Shown piece after piece: positions 9,219-20,248 of a stretch of 64,000 nt of DNA. Numbering within the stretch: the first letter of the stretch is position 1; every line of letters starts with the position of its first letter. Source of the stretch: Thermoplasmata archaeon (lineage in GTDB: Archaea > Thermoplasmatota > DTKX01 > VGTL01). The stretch is taken from contig JAWCLH010000005.1 of NCBI GenBank assembly GCA_038851035.1, positions 51,251-115,250 of the forward strand. Direction: 5' to 3'. A model generated the notes under the pieces. That model did not search any database, was not told where the DNA came from, and worked only from the letters and a program-made list of their open reading frames with translations. A program made the position numbers and the translations under genes.

Positions 9219-11993
9219 GTGCGCCCTCCTCTTTTGATCCCCTCCGCCGCCCTCCTCCTCTGGCCCGTCCTCTGCCCTTCGGCTGGCGCCCTGGAGCCCC
9301 CCTCCGGGCCGTCCCATGAGGGCCGGCTCTCGATTCACGATTTCTCAGGCATGGCCATGGAGAATCTCACCATTCTGGGCGACGGCTCGGTCGCCCTGCT
9401 CAGGGACAGGCCCTCCCTGAGCTGGAGCGGGCTCGAGGTCTGCCGGGGGCCCTGGAACGAGACCAACCCGGACGTCGCCGTCGCCCCCTCGGGCGACATC
9501 GTGGTGGTGTGGCAGGAGAGAAGCATCAACGGAACCGCCGTCCTGTGCCAGAGATACACGCCCGACGGAAGGGAGAACGGCTCGAGGCTGACGATAGCCT
9601 CCCAGTCCTCGCTGCCCTGGCCCGTCGTGGACGTCTACCCGTGGGGCGGCTTCGTCGTCGCCTGGGAGGACCCGATGAGCGGTCATATCTACGCTCAGCG
9701 CTTCCGCCCCGACGGAACCGTCACCGGGAGCCGGCTGGAGGCCTGCTCCGTCGCCTGTCCCTACTACCCCGATGTGGCCTGCGCGCCCGACGGAAGCACC
9801 CTGGTCGTCTGGGTCGACAGCCGCGAGTTCGCAGTCAACCAGAACGACATATACTGCCAGCTCTTCGACACCTCCGGTGCGCCCGTCCACGGCAACAGGG
9901 CGATTTCCACCCTGGCGAACCCGGAGTGGTTCCCGCGCGTGGTCGCCAGCCCCCCATCCGGATATGTCGTGGTCTGGACAGACTACGGCAACCCGAGCCG
10001 GGCACTCCTCCAGAGGCTGGACGGGGGCGCGGGCCTGAACGGCAGCGCGCTGGAGGTTGCGGGGAGCGGCCAGAGCGACATGCCGGACATCGCCCGCGAT
10101 GCCGGGGGGAACCTCATCGTGGTCTGGGAGGAGGGGCCGCCTTTTGTTTCGGTCGACCTCTACGGCCGGTGGTTCGGACCGGACGGCGCCCCCTTGGGCC
10201 CCAAATTTGACGTCTGCACCGGAGCGGCGCGGGAGTGGAGGCCCAGGGTCGCGAGCGCGCCAGACGGAAGCGCGAGCGTGGGCTGGTACGAGGACGGGAG
10301 CGGGCCCCGGTGCGCCCGCTACCAGTTGCTCGACGCCGGCGGCGGCAAAAACGGCACCGCTGTGAAAATCCCGGACAGTGAGGGAGCTACTGCCAACTGC
10401 TCCATTGCGTGGAGACCGGGCGGCGGTTTTGTGCTCGCCTGGGACCACGCATCCGGCTCGAGCGCCCCGGAGGTTCACGCCGGAATTCTTGAGCCCGTCA
10501 ACCTGTACAGACCCTCGGGAGTTCTTGAGACCGGGGAGCTCTCGCCCGCGCACCTCGTGCGCTGGAGCCGCGTGACCCTCTCCTCCCTCCTGCCCAACTC
10601 GAGCGCGAACTCCATAGAGCTCGAGCTCTCGACGAATTCCGGCCTGTCCTGGTCGAGGGCGCCGGAGAACGGCTCCCTGGAGGCCGCCGGAGGCGCGCGT
10701 CCGCTCAGGTTCAGGGCCCTGCTCTCCACGAGCGACGGGCTCTCCTCGCCCGTTCTCCTCGGAATCGATGTGGAGTACATCCTCAACCACCCCCCCGAGG
10801 TGGCTCCCATGCCCGACGTCACGGCCTGGAAGGGGACCCGGGTCTCCATCGCTGCAGGCGCCTCCGACCCCGACGGGGACGGGCTGGAGTTCCTCTGGAC
10901 CCAGCTCACGGGGCCAGCGGCTGAGCTGGAGAGTTCCTTGTCACCCATCCTCTCCTTTGTCCCGGACCGCCCGGGGCTCTACCGCTTCAGCCTCGTCGCG
11001 GGGGACGGCTGGGCCCTGAGCGAGCCCGCCCTGGTCAGCGTCACTGTCCTCGGCCGGCCCCCGGAGGCCCGCCTGACGGCCAGCCCCGTCAGCCCCGCCG
11101 CCACGGAGCCGGTCCTCTTCAACGCCTCCCTCTCGTCCGACCCCGATGGACGTGTCGCGTCATTCAACTTCAGCTTCGGGGACGGGGTCTTCACGGGATG
11201 GTCTGCCGGGGCGACCGTTCAGCATGAGTACGCCGCCCCGGGGGTCTACGGCGCCTTCGTTCTCGTCAGGGACGACGACGGCCAAGAGGCCTCCAGCACG
11301 GTCCTGAACATCACCGTCTCGCCCCGGAACCGGGCCCCGAGAATAAACAGCACGCCGGTGCTCGACGCAAGGGTCGGGGAGGTGTGGGAGTACCGCGCAG
11401 GGGCGGAGGACGACGACGGCGACCTCCTGAGCTGGGAGCTCTCTGAGGGACCGGAGGGCATGGTCGTTGAGCCACATTCCGGGAGAGTTTACTGGACCCC
11501 CGTGCAGGAGGGCCGCTACTCCCTCGTGCTCATCGTTTCTGACGGGCGCGGGGGGCTGGACAAGCAGGGCTTCACCCTCAATGTCTCGCAGGCCCGGCCC
11601 CCTCCCTCCCCGCCCGGCTGCACCATCACGCACCCCTCAAACGGCAGCAGGGTGAGGGGGGTCATCGAGGTCGGGGGCAGGGCCATCCCCGGAACGGAGC
11701 CCCTCCTGCGCGTCGAGGTCCGCGTCGACGGGGGGGAGTGGAGGGAGGCCTCAGGCACGGAGAGCTGGAGCTTTTCCCTCGACACCACCGGGCTTCGAAA
11801 CGGTGCCCACAGAATTCAGGCCCGCGCCGTCGCCTCCCCCCTCTCCTCGGAGGCTGCCGTGGTGGAGGTGGAGGTCTGGAATCCTCCGCCCGGGGGGGAG
11901 GTCACGGTCGAGCCCTTTCCCTGGTGGAGCCTTCTTCTGGCCGCGCTGGCGGCCGCGGGAGCTGCTTCGCTTCTCGTCCGCCGTCGAGATTAG
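9219..11993 (+). CDS. Large secreted surface protein: N-terminal repeat (propeller-like, xxVVVWxD units) domain, PKD-like Ig domains, C-terminal TM anchor
   Basis: 924 aa. Signal peptide MRPPLLIPSAALLLWPVLCPSAGA. At least 7 repeats of ~45 aa ending in (V/L)VVW(Q/E/T)(E/D). PKD-like stretches (FSFGDGVFTGWSAGATVQHEYAAPGVYGAFVLVRDDDG). C-terminal W-rich TM plus RRRD tail. Confidence 0.7.
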   Translation: MRPPLLIPSAALLLWPVLCPSAGALEPPSGPSHEGRLSIHDFSGMAMENLTILGDGSVALLRDRPSLSWSGLEVCRGPWNETNPDVAVAPSGDIVVVWQERSINGTAVLCQRYTPDGRENGSRLTIASQSSLPWPVVDVYPWGGFVVAWEDPMSGHIYAQRFRPDGTVTGSRLEACSVACPYYPDVACAPDGSTLVVWVDSREFAVNQNDIYCQLFDTSGAPVHGNRAISTLANPEWFPRVVASPPSGYVVVWTDYGNPSRALLQRLDGGAGLNGSALEVAGSGQSDMPDIARDAGGNLIVVWEEGPPFVSVDLYGRWFGPDGAPLGPKFDVCTGAAREWRPRVASAPDGSASVGWYEDGSGPRCARYQLLDAGGGKNGTAVKIPDSEGATANCSIAWRPGGGFVLAWDHASGSSAPEVHAGILEPVNLYRPSGVLETGELSPAHLVRWSRVTLSSLLPNSSANSIELELSTNSGLSWSRAPENGSLEAAGGARPLRFRALLSTSDGLSSPVLLGIDVEYILNHPPEVAPMPDVTAWKGTRVSIAAGASDPDGDGLEFLWTQLTGPAAELESSLSPILSFVPDRPGLYRFSLVAGDGWALSEPALVSVTVLGRPPEARLTASPVSPAATEPVLFNASLSSDPDGRVASFNFSFGDGVFTGWSAGATVQHEYAAPGVYGAFVLVRDDDGQEASSTVLNITVSPRNRAPRINSTPVLDARVGEVWEYRAGAEDDDGDLLSWELSEGPEGMVVEPHSGRVYWTPVQEGRYSLVLIVSDGRGGLDKQGFTLNVSQARPPPSPPGCTITHPSNGSRVRGVIEVGGRAIPGTEPLLRVEVRVDGGEWREASGTESWSFSLDTTGLRNGAHRIQARAVASPLSSEAAVVEVEVWNPPPGGEVTVEPFPWWSLLLAALAAAGAASLLVRRRD

Positions 11994-11999
11994 GGAAGC

Positions 12000-14585
12000 C
12001 TACTCCTCAGAGTCTCCGGGGACGTCTACCCCGGCTCCCCCTCTTCTTACCCCCCTCCGCAGCTCCCTCGAAAGGAGCAGCCCGCCCGCCGCGAGCATCA
12101 CGAGCGCTGCCGCGGGCGTCGCCCAGGAGGGGGCGGCCTCCCCGGCCGGACGAGGTGCGGGCGGTCTCTCGAAGACCCTCACCCGGACTTCCGCCGAGCC
12201 CTCCGCGCCGAGCCCGTCCGTGACCGTTAGCCTGACAGAGTACATTCCGGGCGAGGAGTAGGCGTGGGTGAGGGACGGCCCCGCGCTCGTGTTCCCATCG
12301 CCTAGCTCCCAGCACCACGAGACGATGTTTCCCTCAGAGTCGCTAGACGACAAACCATCGATTCCCACCTCCTCGCCCGTGAAGAGCGCACTCTGGTCGA
12401 TTCGAATCACTGCGGAGGGCGGCCTGTTGACGATGAGAATCTGAATCTCAGTGAAGTTCGCGTTGCCCCTGTCATCCACCACAGTCAACCTGACGGTGTG
12501 GCTACCGGCGGTACGGAACTTGTGGCGCACTTCCTTGCCTAGGCTCCGAGCCCCGTCGCTGAATTCCCAGAGGTACTGGACTATCTCGCCGTCAGGGTCG
12601 AAAGAGGCCGAGGCGCTCAACCCCACGCTCTCGTTGATGCCCGGCGCGTCGTTTTCCAGCCGGGCGAGCGCCACCGGCTTCACCTCCCTTATCGTCACGG
12701 GCAGGGGATCGAGCTCTGTCTCCGCTCCCTTCCCGTCCCGGACGCGGGCGCGCGCGAGATGAACCCCGGGCACTGTATAGACATGGGGAGCGAAGGGCGC
12801 GCCCAGCCAGCCCGCGCGCGTTCCGTCGCCGAAGTCGAAGAGAAAACCGCTTATTTGCGCACCGGAGGGTCCGGTCTCGACCTCGAGCGTGACTGGCTCC
12901 CCAGGGTCCGCCACGTCCGGCGTGGCCTTGAGGAGGAGGCCGCTGGAGCTGAGCAGATGGGGCTCGACTGTGAGGCTTCGCTGGTTGTCAGAGACATCGG
13001 CCTCGTAAGGGTCGGCGTCGCAGACGGTGGCGGTGAAGGTCTCCTCCGCATCCGGCGCGAGAGCCACGGCCATAAATATTCTGGCCCCTCCCGCGGACAG
13101 GGTGAAGCTCTCGTTGAGCAGAGGGTTTGTGCCCTCAGAAGAGGACGACAGGGTGAGGCGCGCCGACGCCGGCGCTCCCCCCTCGTTTCGCACCTCGGCC
13201 CAAATGCGAAGCGGCCGCCCCGGGAGGGGGGTTGTATCGTCGGCTCTCAGCTCTGAAACAAGGAGGTCCGGCCTCCAGGCGATATGGAGGGGGATTGCGA
13301 GGACGTTGTTCGCTTCGTCCCACTCCGCGAAGTCATCCTCGGGGTCGGCGACGAAGCGCAGCTCGTGCGCTCCAGCTGTGGCGCGCCAGTGCAACTGGGC
13401 CTCGCCCCGGCTCAGATTGACTTCAGCACGATCCACCTCGACGCCATCCACCAGAAGCGAGACGGAGCCCTTGTCGATCGCCTCCCCCTCATTCACCATG
13501 CGAATATCGAACCAAAGCTCATCGCCCTCAAGGATGCCGGCCGAAGGATAGGAGAGGAGCTGGGGCCTGAGGTCGGGGAGGGCAAGGCTGGCGAGGCCGG
13601 CCGCGGTCGCGAGCCCCAGTCTGGCAATCCTGACCATCAGTGAGAGGTTCAACTTTTCCAGGGTGTCCTCGCCCGAGTGGTAGTAGGGGTTGGCCCTGAA
13701 GTACCGGCTGTTCTCGGTGGGATTCTCGTCCTCGATGAGGCATATCGCGTCGATTCCTCTTTCCCAGAAAGACACATGGTCGCTCCAGCGGGGGGGGTCG
13801 TCGCTGGTGACCACACTCCTCGACCTCAGTCCAACGCCGCCGTAGTAGTTCGCCTTCTTTGCCGCCCCGGCGAGCCAAAGGGAGCGCTCGTTGCTCACGA
13901 TGTCTACCTTGGGGAACTCGTGGTTGTATCCTATCATATCGAGACATATCGCTCCCGCAATCTGCCTACCGCTCTCCACGAGCCTTCTTACGAACTCCGA
14001 GCTTCCGACCCTCCCGATCTCCTCGCCCGTAAAGAACGCGAAAATAACCGTGTGGTTTGTCCGGGCGCGGGAAAGGGCCTGCGCTGCCCCCAGAACCGCT
14101 GCAACGCCGGTGGCGTCGTCGTCCGCACCCGGGGCGGGGGCATATGGATTGAACTGAGACTCTGTGCCGTTGATGCTGTCGTAATGGGCGCAGAGAACAA
14201 AAGCTGGGAGGGATGGGCCCCGGCCATGGAGTTCGGCGACAACATTACTTATGTAATGCCCATTGTAGAGAAAAGTCTGTAGCGAGGCCGGGACACCCAT
14301 CCCCTGAAGCTCTTTAAGAATGTAGTCCGCCGCCTCCATAGCCTTGTCGGAATAGACATACCTCGTCCCGAGGGACTGGAGGGCCAGGACCCACCCGCGC
14401 AGCTTCTCGAGTTGGACTCTATCTAAAAATCCTGCGGGCATGGTATAAACGGAGGAGCGGAAAGCCCCATCGCCCGCCCCATCCCTTTCTGCCGAATGAC
14501 CCGGTGACCCCCCAGCCGTGCCTGAAAGCAGCACGTGCGTCGCAAGGAGCAGGCAGATCGCTCCCCGGAGTGGCAAGGCCATCAT
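12000..14585 (-). CDS. Secreted M28-family Zn aminopeptidase fused to CARDB and PKD domains, C-terminal membrane anchor
   Basis: 861 aa. M28 metal-ligand region (CAHYDS..GADDDATGVAAVLGAAQAL...FAFFTGEEIGRVGS). CARDB-like stretch. PKD domains (FDPDGEIVQYLWEFSDGARS...HTVRLTVVDDRGN). C-terminal hydrophobic helix plus R-rich tail. Confidence 0.8.
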   Translation of the reverse strand: MMALPLRGAICLLLATHVLLSGTAGGSPGHSAERDGAGDGAFRSSVYTMPAGFLDRVQLEKLRGWVLALQSLGTRYVYSDKAMEAADYILKELQGMGVPASLQTFLYNGHYISNVVAELHGRGPSLPAFVLCAHYDSINGTESQFNPYAPAPGADDDATGVAAVLGAAQALSRARTNHTVIFAFFTGEEIGRVGSSEFVRRLVESGRQIAGAICLDMIGYNHEFPKVDIVSNERSLWLAGAAKKANYYGGVGLRSRSVVTSDDPPRWSDHVSFWERGIDAICLIEDENPTENSRYFRANPYYHSGEDTLEKLNLSLMVRIARLGLATAAGLASLALPDLRPQLLSYPSAGILEGDELWFDIRMVNEGEAIDKGSVSLLVDGVEVDRAEVNLSRGEAQLHWRATAGAHELRFVADPEDDFAEWDEANNVLAIPLHIAWRPDLLVSELRADDTTPLPGRPLRIWAEVRNEGGAPASARLTLSSSSEGTNPLLNESFTLSAGGARIFMAVALAPDAEETFTATVCDADPYEADVSDNQRSLTVEPHLLSSSGLLLKATPDVADPGEPVTLEVETGPSGAQISGFLFDFGDGTRAGWLGAPFAPHVYTVPGVHLARARVRDGKGAETELDPLPVTIREVKPVALARLENDAPGINESVGLSASASFDPDGEIVQYLWEFSDGARSLGKEVRHKFRTAGSHTVRLTVVDDRGNANFTEIQILIVNRPPSAVIRIDQSALFTGEEVGIDGLSSSDSEGNIVSWCWELGDGNTSAGPSLTHAYSSPGMYSVRLTVTDGLGAEGSAEVRVRVFERPPAPRPAGEAAPSWATPAAALVMLAAGGLLLSRELRRGVRRGGAGVDVPGDSEE

Positions 14586-14637
14586 GAACTCGTCAATGGA
14601 GACCGCCGAATATAACGGTTTTGTGACGGGGGCTCGC

Positions 14638-14811
14638 TCAGGTCGGGAAGGCGTTTCTCAGAAACTCAACGATAATAATAGACGCGATGCATGCCCCAAT
14701 GACCGCCAGGGGCGGTATCTTCATGGCGGTCTCGTCCTCGGCGTCGAAGTAGCGAATCAGACCTGCCGCGGAGTGGAAGCCCTCGCCCTTCTTCGACTTT
14801 CCCTTCGCCAT
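14638..14811 (-). CDS. secG: Preprotein translocase subunit Sec61beta (SecG, archaeal)
   Basis: 57 aa ORF below the ORF-track size cutoff: MAKGKSKKGEGFHSAAGLIRYFDAEDETAMKIPPLAVIGACIASIIIVEFLRNAFPT. Basic N-terminus, SSAGLxRYFDEE motif and single C-terminal TM are the archaeal Sec61beta signature. Confidence 0.7.
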   Translation of the reverse strand: MAKGKSKKGEGFHSAAGLIRYFDAEDETAMKIPPLAVIGACIASIIIVEFLRNAFPT

Positions 14812-14907
14812 CGCTTCTTATTATATGCGTCGCGGTATAAATCTCTTTTGCCGGAGCACCCCACGCATGGCACCACGATTTAATAATCGTTCGTCCATTG
14901 TCCCACA

Positions 14908-16488
14908 GTGCACTGGGTCGACGTCATTGCGCGGGAGCTCCTCCGGCGCGGAGTGGAGCACGTTGTAGCGAGCGGAACCTCGATATCCGGCCAGATTCAC
15001 ATCGGGAACGCGGGCGATGTGATAATAGCGGACGGCGTGGCAAGGGCGGTCAGGGAGATTGGGGGGAGGGCGAGGCTTATCTGGATAGCCGACGACGCCG
15101 ACCCCCTCCGGAGGCTACCGAAGCAGCTCCCGGCGGAGTTTGATGCCCACCTGGGCAAACCTTGTTACTCCCTCCCCTGCCCCGAGGGCCATCCGCACAG
15201 CTTCGTGGAGCATTACGTCGAGCCATTCGTTGCTTCTCTCGCCAGGCTGGGGGTGCGGCCTGAGGTCAGGTCCGGTGCCGAGATGTATAGAAAGGGGGAA
15301 TACGAGGCCCTGACGCGCGTCGCTCTCGAAAGGGGCGACACTATCCGGCGAATTCTGCGCGATATATCGGGTACCGAGAAAGCCTCTGACTGGCTGCCCT
15401 TTGAGCCGGTTTGCGAGCGCTGCGGCAAAATCGCGACGACGCACGCATATGCATATAGAGGCGACAAGGTGCTGTACAGATGCTCAGGCGGCGTCGCTGG
15501 AAAAATGCGCATCGAGGGCTGCGGCTATGAAGGCGAGGCTGACCTCCGCAACGGGAAACTAAGCTGGCGGGTGGAGTGGGCGGCGCGCTGGAAGATATTA
15601 GGGGTCACATGTGAGCCATTCGGAAAGGAGCACGCTGCTTCCGGGGGTTCCTACGACACCTCTAGCGTAATATCCAGGGAGGTTTTCGGCTACGAACCCC
15701 CGAAACCCGTCATCTACGAGCACATCCTTGTCGGGGGTAGGAAGATGTCCAAGTCCCTCGGGAATATTTTAACGGTGGAGCAATTCCTAGAGGTGGCTCC
15801 TCCCGAGGTGCTGCGGTTCTTCTTCTTCCGGACACGCGCCACGCGGCACAAGGACTTCGACATCTCGAGAAACCTTCTCCACCTCGTGGAGGACTACGAG
15901 CACATTGAGAGGGTCTACTACGGAGTGGACAAGCCATCACCTCAGGAAGATGCTGGCGACCTGAAAAGGTCATACGAGCTCTCCCAGATAGATAAACCGG
16001 CTCAGACATTCTTTCAGGTCCCCTACACGCACCTCGTCACAATCGTCCAGCTCGCGCCGGATTTCGAGGGCGTGAAGGGAATTCTAGCGCGCAACAGGCA
16101 GCTCGACGGCCTAGACGATTTTTGGGAACGCAAGCTTGCGGAAAAGGTAGGGTGCGTGAGGGCCTGGGTTGAAAAATACGCCCCGGAGGAGCACAGGTTT
16201 GTTCTCCAGAGGACAGTGCCGGCGGTCCGGCTCGATGATGCGGAGAAGGGGCTGCTGGCTGGTCTCGCGGTCGAGCTTTCCACAGTTCCCTGGGAGGCGG
16301 AGCGAATTCACAACGCAATTCACGAGAAGGGCAAGGCGATGGGGCTAGACGCGGCCAGGACCTTCGGGGCGGTCTACAAGGTCATGCTGGGCAAGGAGAG
16401 GGGCCCGAGGATGGGCTACTTCCTCCAGTCCCTGGATAGGGACTGGGTGGTCGGGAGATTGAGAGCGGCCGGGAGAGGGCTCACCTGA
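14908..16488 (+). CDS. lysK: Lysyl-tRNA synthetase, class I
   Basis: 526 aa. GTG start. HIGN variant of the HIGH motif (SGQIHIGNAGD) and KMSKS (GRKMSKSLGN). Zinc-binding CxxC (CERCGK). Archaeal-type LysRS-I. Confidence 0.9.
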   Translation: MHWVDVIARELLRRGVEHVVASGTSISGQIHIGNAGDVIIADGVARAVREIGGRARLIWIADDADPLRRLPKQLPAEFDAHLGKPCYSLPCPEGHPHSFVEHYVEPFVASLARLGVRPEVRSGAEMYRKGEYEALTRVALERGDTIRRILRDISGTEKASDWLPFEPVCERCGKIATTHAYAYRGDKVLYRCSGGVAGKMRIEGCGYEGEADLRNGKLSWRVEWAARWKILGVTCEPFGKEHAASGGSYDTSSVISREVFGYEPPKPVIYEHILVGGRKMSKSLGNILTVEQFLEVAPPEVLRFFFFRTRATRHKDFDISRNLLHLVEDYEHIERVYYGVDKPSPQEDAGDLKRSYELSQIDKPAQTFFQVPYTHLVTIVQLAPDFEGVKGILARNRQLDGLDDFWERKLAEKVGCVRAWVEKYAPEEHRFVLQRTVPAVRLDDAEKGLLAGLAVELSTVPWEAERIHNAIHEKGKAMGLDAARTFGAVYKVMLGKERGPRMGYFLQSLDRDWVVGRLRAAGRGLT

Positions 16489-18013
16489 GCTTTCCGACAA
16501 CCCTCTCCACCGCATCCAGCACCCTGTTCTCCCGTATGGCCCTCGTCAGGTTGTTGATGTCCGGATGGAGGGGCCTGTCCTCTTCCAGTTTTGGGACGAC
16601 CTTGCGAATCTCCTCGTAAGCCGCCTGCGATGCTGGGGATGGCCTGACCGGAGACCTGAAATCAAGTGCCTGCGCAGCCGCCATCAGCTCAATGGCCACA
16701 ATCGTCCACGAGTTCTCGATTATCTGGCGGGTCTTGATGGCAGTTGTCATCCCCATGGAGACGAAGTCCTCTTGGTCCGCGGCCGCGGGAATCGATCCAA
16801 CGGCTGCCGGCGTGCAGAGGACCCTGTTCTCGCAGACCAGAGCACCTGCGGTGTACTGGGCGAGCATCAGGCCGGAGAACATCCCGGCGCCTTTCGTCAG
16901 GAAGGCCGGAAGGCCCATGGAAAGGTGCGGGTTCATGAGCCTGTTGGTCCTCCTCTCCGAGAGGACACCGACGGTTGTGATGGACATACCCACGAGCTCC
17001 AGCGCCAGCGCGAGGGGAGTGCCCTGGAAGTTCGCTCCAGTAAGCACAAGGTCCTCGTCGGGGAAGAAGGTCGGGTTGTCGGCAGCGTGGTTGAGCTCGA
17101 TCTCGAAAATCTGTCGTGCCCACTCGAGGGCATCGCGAGCGGCTCCCACGACCTGAGGGCTGGAGCGCAGGGAGTAGGCGTCCTGCACCTTCTTTCCTGG
17201 CCGCTTGAGCAGCTCAGAGCCTTCGGTGAGCCTTCTGATATTCTCAGCGCAGGCGATTGCCCCCGGATAGCCCCGTACTTCATGAATTCGGCGGTCGTAG
17301 GCCTTCATGTTGGCGTTCAGGGCCTCGAGGGTCATCGCTAGAGCGACCTCCTGGGTCCTGAGCCACCGCCACGCGTCATATATCTGCAGGCAGCCCATGC
17401 CAGTTATCATGTTGGAGCCGTTGATGGCGGCGAGTCCGTCGCGCTCCCTGAACACAATCGCATGAATTCCAGCCTCCTCGAGACCCTGCTTCGCCGGCAG
17501 TCTCTTCCCTTTGTAAAATACCTCCCCCTCGCCCATCAGCGTCAGGGCCATCTGGGCCATGGGGGAGAGGTCACCGCAGGCCCCGACCGAACCCTTCTGA
17601 CAGACCACGGGCGTGACGCCCCGGTTGAGCATCTCGAGCTGCGTCTCGACGATTTCGAGCCTGATGCCCGAGTGGCCCCAGCAGTGCGTGTTCAGGCGGG
17701 AGAGCATTCCGGCGCGCACGTCCTCCTCCGTACATGGCTCGCCACAGCCCGCAGCGTGAGAATAGAGAAGATATCGCTGGAATCGCTCGACCTGCTCGGG
17801 GGTGAGAACGACCTCAGAGAGCTCCCCTATGCCCGTGTTAACACCGTACATTATCTCGCGGGTACGAATCTTGCGCTCCAGCATCTCTCTGCAGCGCTGA
17901 ATTCGCGCCCTCGCGTCGCCGTGAATCTCCACTCGCTCGCCGCCCCTGGCCACCCTCACAACGTCCTCGATTGTGAGGGAGTGACCGTCAAGGACCACCG
18001 TCATGCTTCGCAC
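16481..18013 (-). CDS. hutH: Histidine ammonia-lyase (aromatic amino acid lyase family, MIO-dependent)
   Basis: 510 aa, collinear with HAL. The MIO-forming position reads GSVGACGDLSPMA, i.e. Ala-Cys-Gly instead of the usual Ala-Ser-Gly. Checked at DNA level: codons at 17573-17581 are ggc-gca-acc on the plus strand, which is GGT-TGC-GCC on the reverse strand. Confidence 0.8.
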   Translation of the reverse strand: MRSMTVVLDGHSLTIEDVVRVARGGERVEIHGDARARIQRCREMLERKIRTREIMYGVNTGIGELSEVVLTPEQVERFQRYLLYSHAAGCGEPCTEEDVRAGMLSRLNTHCWGHSGIRLEIVETQLEMLNRGVTPVVCQKGSVGACGDLSPMAQMALTLMGEGEVFYKGKRLPAKQGLEEAGIHAIVFRERDGLAAINGSNMITGMGCLQIYDAWRWLRTQEVALAMTLEALNANMKAYDRRIHEVRGYPGAIACAENIRRLTEGSELLKRPGKKVQDAYSLRSSPQVVGAARDALEWARQIFEIELNHAADNPTFFPDEDLVLTGANFQGTPLALALELVGMSITTVGVLSERRTNRLMNPHLSMGLPAFLTKGAGMFSGLMLAQYTAGALVCENRVLCTPAAVGSIPAAADQEDFVSMGMTTAIKTRQIIENSWTIVAIELMAAAQALDFRSPVRPSPASQAAYEEIRKVVPKLEEDRPLHPDINNLTRAIRENRVLDAVERVVGKLR

Positions 18014-18175
18014 CCACGGTGCGGCATATTCTTTACAGATATAAGTGGAAATCGGTACCGGAGGGCGTGCCGGGGCGATTTCATTAAATAGACCCTCCTA
18101 TATTAACGAGTACGGAGAAGTGCCGGTGGGGCCGCTCCCGGGGGGACCCCGGTTACCAAGGACTAAAAAATGGAT

Positions 18176-18249
18176 AGCCCCGTGGTGTAGTGGTAGCATA
18201 AGAGACTCTGGATCTCTAGGCACCAGTTCGACTCTGGTCGGGGCTGCCA
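18176..18249 (+). tRNA. tRNA-Gln (anticodon CUG) with G73 discriminator and genome-encoded CCA
   Basis: Manual fold: acceptor AGCCCCG/CGGGGCT, D-arm GTGT-AGTGGTA-GCAT, anticodon stem AGAGA/TCTCT with loop CTCTGGA (U33, CUG, G37), T-arm ACCAG-TTCGACT-CTGGT. Discriminator G followed by CCA. Confidence 0.75.
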
Positions 18250-18304
18250 TTCTCTGATAAACCTGGTTAAATTATAAGTAGGCGGCATCCAGTATGCAGG
18301 GGAG

Positions 18305-19990
<1,686 letters not shown>

Positions 19991-20071
19991 GAGGGCGAAC
20001 GAGGCCCAAGGAGGCGCCCTCCTGCAAATCTTTAATTACGGAAACGAAATTCGGCCCGGCGCAGTCAAAAA

Positions 20072-20144
20072 AGCCCCGTAGTGTAGAGGTCAATCATCCG
20101 GGGTCCTGCATCCCGGGACGGTGGTTCGAATCCACCCGGGGCTA
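20072..20144 (+). tRNA. tRNA-Gln-like gene (CUG at anticodon position), archaeal-type A73, no CCA, non-canonical anticodon loop; possibly a pseudogene
   Basis: Same acceptor stem as the upstream tRNA-Gln (AGCCCCG/CGGGGCT). T-arm GGTGG-TTCGAAT-CCACC, 6-7 bp anticodon stem CCGGGG/TCCCGG, loop TCCTGCA (C at position 33, C at 37 instead of U33/purine37). Discriminator A. Confidence 0.5.
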
Positions 20145-20248
20145 TTGCCGCGGCCCGCCGGAGCTTTGGGGCGGGGCAAATGGATAAGAGGGGCTCAAAC
20201 GGGCCGTAGGCACAATAGTTATTATGAGATTTTTCCTTTCATATTATT

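Noticed and set aside
9345-10790. 481-aa ORF antisense to the large secreted protein gene 9219..11993
   Set aside because: Arg/Gly/Pro/Ala-rich low-complexity translation typical of antisense frames in GC-rich coding DNA. The sense-strand protein has clear domain structure and repeats.
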